Below the pieces are notes generated by a model. The model did no database searches, was not told where the DNA came from, and worked only from the letters and a program-made list of their open reading frames with translations. The position numbers and the translations under genes were made by a program. DNA of 56,111 nucleotides, counting the filler, from Jimgerdemannia flammicorona (Eukaryota), in assembly GCA_003990765.1 (NCBI GenBank). It is 3 parts of 3 records of this genome, joined end to end, with 100 filler letters (N's around TTAATTAATTAA, not from the genome) between each part and the next. Parts side by side here need not be neighbours in the genome. Positions count along the whole stretch, not along the records: positions 1 to 18,642 come from RBNJ01002152.1; positions 18,743 to 37,378 come from RBNJ01002153.1; 1 more part is not named here. One strand, 5' to 3'. This document shows, piece after piece, positions 12,375 to 24,883 of this stretch (positions are counted from its first letter, which is position 1; every line of letters begins with the position of its first letter).

Positions 12375-13259
12375 AAGTTTTTTCAAAAGACTTGACCATT
12401 TGGCTTAAGAACCCAGTGATCTACAGTGGAGAACTTAGCAGGACCAAGTCAGCAACCAAACCAGGGGCAGCAACAGCTCTCCTCAGCAGAAAAGAAAGCC
12501 CACACCCTTGTCAGAACAGTAGCCAGGACCCTACTCAATACCAGTAGCCAGAAAACCGAATTAGAAGAAAGAAGTGACCCAGATTATGGTTTGACTTCAA
12601 GAGAAAGGAGACAACTCAGAGGGCAACCAGAACTGCCCCTTCAGATCCAAGACTTAGGCTAAGAAGAAGAAGAAAAGGATATCTCTGAGGAGTATCAGAC
12701 TCTTATCCATAGGAAGAACTCAGACAGAAGTGACTACATAACTACTGTTGTTAATTGAGTCACTCCACTAGACCGGGTATACTTTGAAACATTAGAAGAA
12801 GAAGAGGACTACCATCCATATCAACCAGAGCAAGATGACAATTAGGGATCAGACCATCAAAGGAATGAATTCAACCTATACTATTATCCAGACAGTGACA
12901 CTGACCCACAGCAGCAACCAGATGAACAAGACCTCACTACTTTACAATAGCAAGGGGCAGACGAACTCACTATCAGTTATATCAGTCCACTCCCACCATC
13001 AGTTGCCCAAACTTCAGTACCCTGGTCGCTCACACCTCGCCACTATCACCAATCAATCAGAAGATCTCCACCACTATCCAGGACTTCAACCCCAGCATTA
13101 ATTAGAAGAGCCAGATTACTCTCACCCTCACCAAGACACCACCCTCTGCCAGCACCACTAGTTCATCAAGTACAACCACCACCACCTTTCCCATCACCCC
13201 AAGGATCTGCTAGATCCCCTACCCCTGAACAATACTCAGATAGTGAAGACGAGTCAGAC

Positions 13260-14330
13260 ATGAGCTACCTCCAGAAGTTCCATGGTGCAGACAATGAAGA
13301 TATCAAGGAATTCTTTGGAGAAATTGAAGTTCAAGCAGCCGCCAAACAATGGGATACTGCAAGAAAACTCAGAATTGTGGAGTCACTCCTGAGAGGACTG
13401 GCCCTACAGAGGTATAATCAAGCCAAGTAAGCTGGAGGAGGAATCTATATAGAGGAACTGAATGATGGCCTTCAACCTGATAGGAACCATATAGCAAGGT
13501 ACATGATTCACAAAGCCTGGCTCCATGCCCAGTTCAATGGATTCGAGTGCCAACAAGAAGCACAGGAGGCTTTGACCTATATGAGCCAAGCTGCCAATGA
13601 AACTCCCAAGAGTTTCTACCATCAGATTCAAGCTCAAATGATCAAGGCAAACCTTCAACCAGCAGTCCAACTGGCCCTAGCCTCAACTACCTTCCTCAAT
13701 GGCTTATACCCAGAACTTTGAAGGCAAGTTATCAGAATGGGATATCGAAACATTGAACAGCAAGTTGCTGGAGCACAAGGATGTTGGGAAGCAGATTATA
13801 GACCAGTACAACAAGTACAAGGCTATCCTGAGCCAATCTGAGCCGAAACCTCAAGGACCCGAGGGACAACTATGGAGCAAGAGAATGCCTTCCTCAGAGC
13901 CCAGATAGCCAACTATGAGAACAGACCAGCACCCACAAATCCGACTCCATTCAGGCAACCACAGCAGCAGCCACCATCAAGAGTTCAAGAAGACCCCATG
14001 ACAACGCTCACCAAGCAAATGAAGGACCTGGCCATCACAGTTGCTCAGCTGAACAACTAAGGTAGAAGACAACAAGACTACCGTCATGATAACAGACCAG
14101 ACTACTGGCAACAAGACAACAGAGGTCCTGCTCCAGCACTACCAGCTGCAACTACAGCCTCATCAGCGACTGGTTCCTATGGTCCCACCTGCTTCAGCTG
14201 TGGAAATCAAGGCCACATCCAGAGGAATTGTCCAAGGAACCAATCCACCCAGTCCAATGACAGAAATGTCAACCTCTTTCAGGTAGATGAAGAGACTCAG
14301 GAGATGGAAGAAGAAGCAGCCTAACTCCAT
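13260..14330 (+). pseudogene. gag: Family A gag (capsid plus CCHC knuckle)
   Basis: MSYLQKFHGADNEDIKEFF...FLNGLYPEL*...CFSCGNQGHIQRNC (14189-14230). An acidic/Pro-rich leader precedes it from ~12400. Confidence 0.85.
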
Positions 14331-14899
14331 GGTCAAGAAGATGACACCTACCCGTACTTCGAGGCCTTTCCATCCAAGGTGACATGGGAAGCTGCCCCAG
14401 CAGAGACCAGAGGATGAGGAAGACCACGAAGGAATCCCCCACCTCAACTACCAGTAACAATATCCACAGGCAAGCATCCGTGATATGGCCATTCTTCTTC
14501 AGATACTCCACAAGAACAGGAGAAGCAAGTGAGAAGAGATACCCCTGAATCAGAAGCCGGACCATCTAGGACAACCCCCAGCTCTACTCTGCCAGACCTT
14601 GAAGAAGATGAGCATATGAGCATAGAATCTTCAGCTGACAAAATGCCTATCAGGAATGAGAGACTACACCCCAAGGGACCAAGACACCGAAGAAGCAGCA
14701 AGCCCCATGCAGCAGCCTCACTTTGGAAACATATCCGCCTACAGAATGCTGGCCTTACAGTTGAGCAAGTCCTCAAGAATATACCAGAGGTCAGGTGAAA
14801 AATCCTGAAAGAAGTCAAGGAAGATACCAAGAGACTTCCAGTCTAAGGACCACACACTCAAGAACCTAGCACTATCCACACAGTCCATGAGGGCCAGCG

Positions 14900-17800
14900 A
14901 CATGAACATCAATCTACAAGACTCGCTGATGGAAAAGTGCATGGTGAAAATGCCAGAATTCTCGTCAATACTGGAGCAGTAGTATGCATCATCACCCAAA
15001 GGATGTTGGAGCGAATCGGATGGGGAATAGATGAAGGAACCAAAGCAAGAGTTATCATGGCCGACAGATCAGCTTCCACACCCCTTGGACTTGTCAGAGA
15101 TATCCCCATTCAAGTTGGAAAGGCCCACCTCAATGTACCCAAAGCCATTGTGACCCCCGTGACCTCCTATGATCTGATCCTAGGAACTGACTGGTTAAGC
15201 CGAGTTGGAGCCAATGTAGATATCAAGAAACAACTCCTGGTCTTCTCCACTCATGGACAGAAGCACAAGATACCCATTGACTCGAAAGGATTATCAAAAA
15301 AGATGAATCAAGCCTCAGAAACAGAATGGCAAGGACATGGCGACACCCCCACTATTACTGAGGAAGAAAGCGAGGCCAATTTCCTGCAAGAACTAGGAAG
15401 TGACTTTGATGCCCCAAGGGACCAAGAAAGCGAACAAGAAGACTCTTTCATTGGAGTTATTGGTGTCGAAGGCCTGGAAGAAAGCATTGATAGAGCCATT
15501 AATGCAAGGGCAGCACTCGAGTTTGCAGGACCTTCTGCTCAACCACCACCACCACTGGTAGAAAATCAGATCATGCGAGCCTTTTGTTGAGGCATATGCG
15601 AACACTTCATCAGCTTCCACTCACCAAGAGATGATTGCAGCAATTGCCGAATCCTGGATCTCAAGAAGGTTCCAATGCTAGAAATTGATGACAAGGACGA
15701 ATTGAAGCAAGCACCACCCCACAGTTGAGTACAACCTCCAACCCCGAAGACCTTCAAGAAGACCTATAAGGAAGGACAGAAGATCCTCGCCCGCCAAACA
15801 TTTGAGTCCCTTACCATCGAAGGAGAAAGCAATAGCTCTTACACTATCACCCAGGCTCTCCAGATCACACAGCCCACCTATGACAAGTATCGGAAGAGAT
15901 TTCCTACCAGTAGGGAGGTCAAACAGTGAAATGAAGACTTTGTCAAGAAGGGACATTGTGATTGTGGAAAAACCTTTACTTGCTACTGGTGCGAACATCG
16001 AGATGTTCACCTTAGCAAAGATGTCTACAAGAGCCGAGTCAAGAGAAAGGATCCCACTCTGCAAGAACCTCGAATTCGCTGGGCCTGTCAGAAGTGCAAA
16101 GAAATCAACCATGAAGGAGACTGCAAGTTCAAGAGCAAGACCTCTATCTGGGACCTACCATTGGAAGTTCTTGCCATCATTTGCTGGTACTGCCACCCTC
16201 ATCAAGGAAAAGAAGGTATAAATCTTGCCTTCATCCTTATGGAAGCTCTGGACCCTCTAGGAAAGACTGGATTCAATTATACAAGAAACTCAAAGACTGG
16301 AGCTCACTGGCCTTTCTTCAAACCGGAGCGCATGGACTTCTCACCTACAATGGCAACAGCTGAAGCACCATTTCTCAAAGCTCAACCAGTCATCCAGGTC
16401 AAGCTGCTTTCACCCTGGGCACAGCCACCTATTACACAAACAGAAGGATCAGTTGGTTATGACCTCTGCCTCCCCTACCAAGCAAGAATCTGACCCAGAA
16501 GTACCAGGACTTTTGACCTACAGATTGCACTCGCTATACCACCTGGGCATTATGGACAATTGGTCTCAAGATCCTCATGGGCAACCAAAGGAGTCACAGT
16601 AGAAGGAGGAGTCATCAATCAGGACTACCGAGGTCCCTTGAAGGCCATTATCTGCAATTCCAGCAGAACTAGCCAATTCTTCAGCCCTATGGAAGCCATC
16701 TGCCAAATCCTGTTTATCAAGACATCACAGCTGGCCATTCAAGAGGTAGACCAACTAGAAAATACCAACAGAGGACAAGGAGACTTTGGAAGCACCAATA
16801 GAAATCTACAGACACCACCTATCGAGGTTCATTTGGCAACAGTTGCTCAATTCCGACAAATGAGACCCCACATCTGCCGCCCAATCTGAGCAAGAGAAGA
16901 CATCCTCCTGCAGCCCTATCAGCAAAAAGGCCTAGATGTGCACCTACTAGTAGAAGCAAACAACTTGATATTTGCACCATCACTGGAGCTTCAAAAAGAA
17001 CACCACATCCTCCTGGCTGAAGAACGAATTCATGACCAGATGTCACCAATTCACATCCCTATCAGAAACTTGGGCTTTGAAGTGATAACTATCCCCAAGG
17101 GAACAACACTGGGATATTTCGAACCACTGATAGACACCTACAAGGAAGAAGTCTTCGAATTCTTGGGAAATGGCAAGCCCTCTCCAGTGAGACTGACGGT
17201 ACCAGGAAGGAAGACTCAGCAAATTCCGCAATCAAAGCCGTCGACATCGAGACAACTCTAACCAAGGATCAGCAACAACGGATACAGGAGTTGATAGAGG
17301 AGTACAAAGATATATTTACTACCATATATGATAACTTTCCACCATATCAATATGGAGAACACCCTATACATACCGGAGATGTAAGACCAATCTGACAACG
17401 ACCCTACTGAACACCACATCATCTGATTGAATTTGAACAATAACATATAGATGAAATGCTACGAAATGGAGTCATCAGACCATCATCAAGCCCCTGGGCT
17501 TCACCAGCAATCATAGTACCAAAGAAAGGAGGATGGAGATTATTCGTGGATTTCAGAAAACTCAACAAAGTCACCACAGAAGATGCCTACCCACTGCCAA
17601 GGATTGATGACCTCATCAATGCCCTCGGAAAAGCCAAATACATGACCACTACTGACCAGTTCCAAGGATTCCAAGTAATACCTATTGCCAAGGAAGATAT
17701 CTGCAAGACGGTCTTCATCACCAGACGAGGACAGTACGAATACCTATGAATGCCCTTTGGACTCTGCAATGCACCCGCCTCATTCCAACAAATGATGAAC

Positions 17801-18642
17801 CATATCTACCAGGACCTCATTGGAAGAAATGTACTGGTGTACATAGATGATATAATCATCTACTCTGAAACATTCAAGCAGCATTTGCAAGACCTCCGCG
17901 AAGTATTCAATACCATTCGAAACTCAGGACTCAGACTCAATGCCAAGAAGTGCTTCTTCGGAAAACATCAAGTCGAATATCTGGGATATATTGTCTCAGC
18001 TCAAGGAACACATGTCGACCCCCGCAAGGTGGAGAAAGTCAAGAACTACCCAACCCCGACCTCAGCAAAGGAGACCCTATCCTTCCTTATGCTGGCATCC
18101 TACTATCGGCGATTCATCCCAAGGTTTTCAGATAAGGCAGCACCTCTCCGAGATATCTCCAAGAAGGACCAACCATTCTACTGGAAAGAAGAACAACAAA
18201 AGTCATTCGACCTACTCAAGAAGGCCCTTACTGAAGCCCCTGTCCTGGTGCGACCAGACTTTGGCAAACTATTCATCCTGGCAACTGATGCCTCAGCCTT
18301 AGAACTTGGATCAATTCTGTCTCAGCAAGATGACCAGAAGAGAGAGCATATTATCAAATATGCTAGCAAGGCCATGAATGAAATGCAAGCGAACTATGGA
18401 GCCACTAAGTTGGAATGCCTAGCAGTAGTTTGGGCTGTGGACCACTTCCGACACTATCTCTTGGGAAAGAGATTCACCCTCATCACTGACCATCAAGCTC
18501 TACAATGGTTGTTCCACAAGCTGGAGCCCTCAGGAATCTTCGCTAGATAGATCATGTCTCTGCAAGAATATCAGTTCACTATTGTCTACAAGAAAGGTGC
18601 TAAGAATTCCAATGTCGATACCCTGTCACGAATCCCACGAAA
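14900..18642 (+). pseudogene. pol: Family A pol: PR - ZnF - Cys-rich/F-box-like - dUTPase - RT - RNase H
   Basis: LVNTGA (probably D>N by G>A) protease; GYDL/SRSS/GGVINQDYRG/RGQGDFGST dUTPase (16395-16800); SPWASP, DFRKLN, MPFGL and YIDD for RT; TDAS, ECLAVVW and TDHQAL for RNase H. Confidence 0.95.
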
Positions 18643-18742
18643 NNNNNNNNNNNNNNNNNNNNNNNNNNNNNNNNNNNNNNNNNNNNTTAATTAATTAANN
18701 NNNNNNNNNNNNNNNNNNNNNNNNNNNNNNNNNNNNNNNNNN
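18643..18742. other. Artificial contig join (N44-TTAATTAATTAA-N44)
   Basis: Six-frame stop linker at 18687-18698 inside an N-run. Confidence 0.97.
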
Positions 18743-18823
<81 letters not shown>

Positions 18824-19905
18824 GCTCTTACAGGCATGGGTACTATTACAATGGTATGAGGTTCGCGAGAATTGAGTCCGTTTGGATCTGGCCAACGGAA
18901 GAAGGGGGTCAAGATATCAGCTAGACACGAACGCTTGGATCCAACAGGGTGTCATACATTACTTCGGGTAGATTTCTCTATTATATCAGACTGTTTTCGA
19001 GATGCCCTACCCAACCTTCATTTCACTTTTGCTCTGAATACTTCCACCTCCACTGTATTTTTCTTTTTCTTTTTTTCTTTTTACTCTATTACCTCTTAGC
19101 GGAAATTATTGTTTTCGATCATTTCTGTCCATATCAAAACAAATCTACACGAAAATACAGGTCATATTGCGCGTAATTGCTTCCCAGAGACGCCATGAGA
19201 AATCCAGCTCTCGCAACCCCAAAAGCTGGTCCAAATGAATATACGGTGTGTGTCGCAAAGACGTCCAACGATGTCTGAGACATACCTGTCTCTCCCACGT
19301 GAAAATGGCGATGCGCGCCAGGTTGTCTGCCTACCACAATCACGGCATCCAAAGTCAGGCCACTCTGTCCGACGGCGCTTCGCCGATACCAGGTCATTGC
19401 GTAGCCCATTAGGCTGCATTTATTTTTGACGTCTGTCGGTTTCAAGATTCAGCACACAAATTTCCCGTCCGCAATCGTCATTGCTATCTTGATGCCGGTG
19501 CGACAAGTTTGCGTCTCCTTTGCGTCGCACCCGTGGTGATTCCTAGCATGCCCTTTCGCTCCAATTCCAGAAACAAGGTAAATTGGGGGTTTTATGTTCG
19601 CCAATGATATGGGTTTCGTACACATAGGATGAGCGTTTGCGGTTCCCTTCTCACTTTGTTTGTTTTCCGGCCCGTTATCTGGTTTAACTCTTGAAGTTGG
19701 GGTTTTACGCCCTTGTGCTATTTTGGGAACTTTGAAAAAATAAGGCTGATTTCTGACGATAGATATGTTGTGGACTGGTTTCGGCATGTGCAAGGTGAAC
19801 GGAAGCCATGTCGACATGTGAAGCCTTGGATGTAGCATCACGTGCGTATATACAAGTCACAAAATTTTCGTCACGAGACTCGAACCTCGCAATCCATCCA
19901 CCACC

Positions 19906-21326
19906 ATGCCCTACATCGACGTCCACGCCCATTTGAACCCGACCACCTTCCCCGCCACCCACCCAACCCACTCCCTCGACCTTGTCATCTCCCGCGCTCG
20001 CGCCGCCAACGTCTCCTCCATTGTTTCCGTCTCCGAGAACCTCGCCGAGGCACGCGACATCCTCGTCCTTGCAGGACAGCACCCGGGGTTCGTCTGGCCG
20101 TCCGCCGGCGTCCATCCGGTGCAGGTCATGCCGCAGGGTGAGAGGAGTGTGGTGGAAAAGGATGTCGAGGAAATGGTCGGATTTTTGAGGGAGGTGGGGG
20201 GGAGGATTGTGGGAGTCGGGGAAGGTGGGTAGATGAGGTCTGATCTTGAAAGCGTAGCGGCATTGATAGATACGCAAAGAGCAATGATTATTAGGTAACT
20301 CAACCCGCGATGAACTTTCAGTTGGTCTCGACTTCTCGCCGCACATCATCCGGCAGAACCCATTAAACTTGTCTGATCTTTCCGAGGACGATCTGAAGAA
20401 GATTCAGAGGGATGTCTTCGCGCGGCAGGTGCGGATCGCGATGAGCCTGGGTCTCCCTGTGAACGTCCATTCGCGGTGAATATCTGAAAATATTTATCCA
20501 TTGCAAGGGTGGTGTGCTTGATAGTTTAATCCTGTTCATTGCTGGTAATGTCATCTTGTTCATAATAAACATCAACATTTATTAAACAAGATCGGCGGGC
20601 CATCATGCGCTTGATGTCTTGAAGGAATGCGGCGCGCGAGACGTGGTGATGCACGCGTTTGACGGAAAGTATGGTTTGTTTAGAGATGTTATTTTTGGTT
20701 TTTATTTTTGGATAATCACGTTGAAATAGACGTTGAAAATAGACTCATTACACTTCCTCTCTCCTAGGGCCACATACGCTAAGCGGGGTGTTGAAATGGG
20801 GTGCGGATCCGTTTACTTGGTTGTGATACTCTTGAAAACCCATCCTATCAGAGCTCCCGCGTACTTTCCATTTACCGCCTACCCCTACCCCACCACTTCC
20901 ACAACCCGTTGCCCACACCCACCAGCTATTACTTCTCCATCCCACCCTCGATCCAGCGTTCACCCCAGAAACAATCTCTCGTCGCCGCTCTGCCGCTTTC
21001 GCACCTTCTGCTCGAGACGGACTCGCCGGCGCTGGGACCTGAAAAGGGAGTGGACAACGAACCGGCCAATATTGTCGTCAGTGCGCGCGAAATCGCTAGG
21101 ATCAAGGGCGTTGAATTCGAGGAGGTGGTGAGTTGTGGTTGGGGTTTGGCGGGGAGCGCTGAGGATATGTGACTTTTGGGTGGACGTACGATAAAGAAAT
21201 GAATGCTCATCGTCCACGTCGTTTGTTTGTGTTTCGGTACTCGGTTTTGACGGGATTACGATCGGGTAGGTGCGACAAACGACGGAGAACGCCCGGAAAT
21301 TGTTCAAGCGTATGGTTTCGTCATAG
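19906..21326 (+). CDS. TatD-family metal-dependent DNase (TATDN3-like), 6 exons
   Basis: Exons 19906-20224, 20322-20475, 20591-20668, 20768-20800, 20926-21127 and 21270-21326 with GT-AG introns. Motifs: DVHAH, GVHP, VGEVGLD, NVHSR, MHAF, LLETDSP, NEP, NARKLF. Confidence 0.93.
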
Positions 21327-22406
21327 TGAGCGCCATGTCAGATCCGTTTATTCTAGTATGCCTAATGATGTCAATAAAAGAAGAATCAAAATAGCAAATA
21401 GCACGCCCGCTTTCTAATATAGAATGAATAGGGGCCTTTGAAGAACGCGTATTCGGTGGATCAAGAAGATGGCGGCCGCCGGGAATTCGAACTGCGCCCA
21501 CCACAATGGCGAAGTGATTGCTCTGCTATTGTGGAGTCCGTGGGGGGGATGTCGAAGTATCGTAGTTGAGGAAGTCGGCAACGGGTTTGGAGAAGGAGGA
21601 TCCAGCAACAATCTTGGGGTGGGAGGCGGGAGTAGGCGATAGAGAGGAGTAGGCTGTGATTTACCAACAGGCATGGGATCAAAAATGTAATTGGGCAGTC
21701 GGTGGCGGGGCCTGCGAAGCATCGCATCGTAGTGGATGTCCCGCGTCAGGCGTCAGTAACAGAAGAGACCCATTTGAATTCTTAAAAGATCCGCACGGTT
21801 ACCGCCTCATGAGTGCTTTGGCTTTCCTGCGTTTCGTGTCGATATTAGATGTAGTCACCGGATTCCTTTCATCTCAACATTGTGACTAAATGCAATGAAG
21901 AGTTTGGCTTTTCCCCACCTCCCAAAGCAAAAAACTACTATATGTTCCATGAATCCGACTAGCCCCGCCCTTGCCATCTTGCGCATCACGATTCCATCTT
22001 TTGCACGATTTTGTGAACATTGGATATTGGGCCTGAGGACCCCGCTTCAGCACTTACCCCTACACAAGGATTCGGTAAGAAGCAAGACGTACGACACTGT
22101 TTCTACCCCTCATTCTGCAAACGTTCCATTTTGAATAGTTCGTAGATGACACACGTCGACTCGACCTTCATACTCCTGCCATGCGATCCCGTCTCTCTAC
22201 CTCACCTTCACTTCGGCCACTTCAGCAGTTTTCAGTTGAAAAGTTTGAATTCAAAATATTATTATTGATGTAATGAGCGATGAGCGTAAACGAAATATTA
22301 CATGAAATAGAAAGAAATGACTACATGGGGGGGGAATGGAGACAAGGTTGAGGGAACTGGAATTAGACTCGGTTGGCTTTTTTTTTTCGGTGTCAAGGGT
22401 CAGAAT

Positions 22407-22986
22407 CTACAAGCTCTCGACGAGCTTGAGGGCGGTCTTGACGTGGCCATTGATATCGAGCAGGGAGCTGAAGTGTTCCACGACGACACCCTCACGGTTG
22501 ATGATAAAGGTCGAGCGGCCAGGGAGGAGGCCGAGGGCGGTCTTGGGAACCTGGTGGGGTAAGAAAACGACGATGGCAGTGTGAGCTGGTGGGTTCAATA
22601 ATGTTGGAAAAGAAACGTTGACTGTGAAAGGCGTTGCATCATATGGTTCTAGCTTGCAAACTGACCTTGTAGGCTTCCTTGACCTCATCTTTCTCATCAG
22701 ACAGGATGTGGAACTGCAGGCTGTGGCTCGATGCGAAGGTGGCGTGAGACTCGACGGAGTCGCGAGAGATACCAATGACCTGAACGTCTTTCTTGGTGAA
22801 GGCTTGGTACTGGTCACGGAAGGCGCAGACTTCCTCCGTGCACTTGGAGGTGCCATCTTGGGGGTAGAAGAAGAGGACCACAGGCGACTGACCGACCAAG
22901 TCGGCGAGGTTGATGGGCTCGTTGTTCTGGTTCTGCAACGTGAAGTTGGAGGGGGCCATCTGACCGATGAGCGGGTGGGGTGCCAT
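22407..22986 (-). CDS. BCP/PrxQ (Dot5-like) peroxiredoxin, 154 aa, 2 exons
   Basis: Exons 22986-22666 and 22550-22407. FFYPQDGTSKCTEEVC (PxxxTxxC plus resolving Cys), GISRD, LSD and RSTFII motifs. Confidence 0.93.
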
Positions 22987-24883
22987 GGTTGAGTATTTGC
23001 TGCAGTGCTTTGGGGGGGCGAGGGGAAAGAGTTGGTTTGAGAAGAGTGGGAGATGGCGCGCCAAGGGATTTTATATCGGTTGGGCAAAAATTCAATGCCG
23101 TGACTGCTCGGAATGTATCCCGTGTTTGGAGTAGACTTTTTAGGCTGTGCTCCAAGTCTCAAAGATGCGTCATATAAATTACACACTAATTACATTCTTG
23201 TATTTCCTACGAGTCACTCTTGCAAACAAAGTCCCCCTCCGGAAATCCGCCGATCATTTTTTTGATTTCAAAGCAACCCCCAAAAGTGCCAAAAGTATAT
23301 ACACGTGGATGATCCCCCATATCTTGCTGGGAACAAGGGATTGTCGATTTCTAAGGCAAGAAAATAAGAGTTAACCGAGAACATTCTCAAAGACTCGGAA
23401 CCTTCTGTGTTCTTGGCACCTTGTGAAGGTATTTTTTACTATTATATTCAGTAACGTCATTTTCTATCCGGTTTCGCCCCACGACCTCCCGACCTTCTTT
23501 AGGATATTCGCTGACAATGACGAGACGAAATTCGTCACCGCTATTTATCATCGTGCCTGCCATACGGGTTCCCAAAAAGAGGGAAAAAAGAAAAAAGAAA
23601 TGCGATCGGCCGAATTTGAAAAATGTACCACTTTCTCTCCATCGCGTGTACACCGTAATACATGATATCATATTCCGAGAAGCTTCGCTGCGGAATGTGG
23701 ATGGCCATAGAGGGTTATGAATAGCATCCCCCCCCTTTTCCTCTCATTGGGGTCTCTAACAATGGCAATGTGAGGTCGATCGCTCTCTTACAAATACTGT
23801 CGACTCCATTTATATTTGTGGACATAAGGCCCAGAATGGACAATGATCTTTTCTCGGATGATCGGGAAACCCGTCGATCACGCCAACTAGTTTGTATATA
23901 CACAGGTATGTAGCGCAGGCGGGACAGATACAGTTCACGAAAATCCCTACAAATAAATAGAATCGGCAACTGAAAGTGTATGTCCCACTATCACCAATCT
24001 GCATTTCTTTGTACTAATTTCATGAATCTGACTTATTTGCACTGTGCATCATCAATCAGTTGATTAATAAAGTCAATCACCCTTGGAGGATGATGCCACT
24101 ACATCTGACCAAGATGATTGACAGCCTTACTCGGGTTCAATCAATGGGTGTATCGTACATACATATTTTAATATTTTAATTAAGACTATTTATTATACAT
24201 ATTCCTTAATTTGTAGTGCAAGCAAATTTGCATTATTTATAAAGTTAATTATAAAAATATTTGAATATATATATAAAGAAATCTATAAAAATTGAATTTT
24301 TGTAAGTAATATATAGAAAAATTATGAATATATATATATTGCATATAAATTTATATATTATGTTGATGGCCAGAAAGTTGTTGTTTTCAATAGGAATATG
24401 TAATGCTGTTAAATTGTAGACCAAGAACTGAAACCATTTTCACAATTGAGAAGCATTGAAAGATTCAATAGATTGAGACTTTGAGCCAGCTGATGAACCA
24501 CGGATAAGCTATGCTTCAAACATGCAAGCAACTGTTTATACACCATCTTTCACTTTGCGCAGGTGTTGTGTTAAGATCAGCCAATTCGAATTTCAATTAA
24601 ATGTATATGAATGCCTGAGACCCGTTAACGGCAACTGAAAAGTTTCTAAGCAGATTTGACACCACGTTACTTTTGCAGACGAATAAATATTCTCTCCCCC
24701 CTCCCCCCCCAAAAAAAAAAAACACAAAAAACACAAAAAACACAAAAAATACAAAAAATGTAAAACGAAAAGCGAAAAGCGAAAAGCGAAAGATAAAAAC
24801 ACAACAACGATAATCAAAGAACAACAACAACAATTATAAACCAGCACACTATAATAAAAAAACACTTGGACTCCACATCCGGA

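Larger units (their letters stand above)
9906..18642 (+). mobile_element. Ty3/Gypsy LTR retrotransposon, family A (truncated at contig end after RNase H)
   Basis: LTR TGTGACAT...ATGCCACA, PBS, gag with CCHC knuckle, protease, dUTPase, RT (YIDD) and RNase H; RT/RH follow the protease as in Gypsy. Point stops and frameshifts are present. Confidence 0.95.

Noticed and set aside
18687..18821. TTAATTAATTAA motif, poly-G and the poly-Pro ORFs
   Set aside because: Assembly linker and contig-end homopolymer.
18822..19850. Possible terminal exon (GHGYYYNG...) and short ORFs upstream of TatD
   Set aside because: No recognisable domain or consistent gene model.
21430..21730. Possible LINE RT fragment (RWIKKMA...NG) between TatD and the peroxiredoxin
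   Set aside because: Similarity is too weak; no clear QG/SP or YADD motif.
19906..22986. Functional cluster of TatD, peroxiredoxin and retroelement dUTPases
   Set aside because: These are ordinary housekeeping neighbours; the dUTPases belong to mobile elements, two of them on other contigs.
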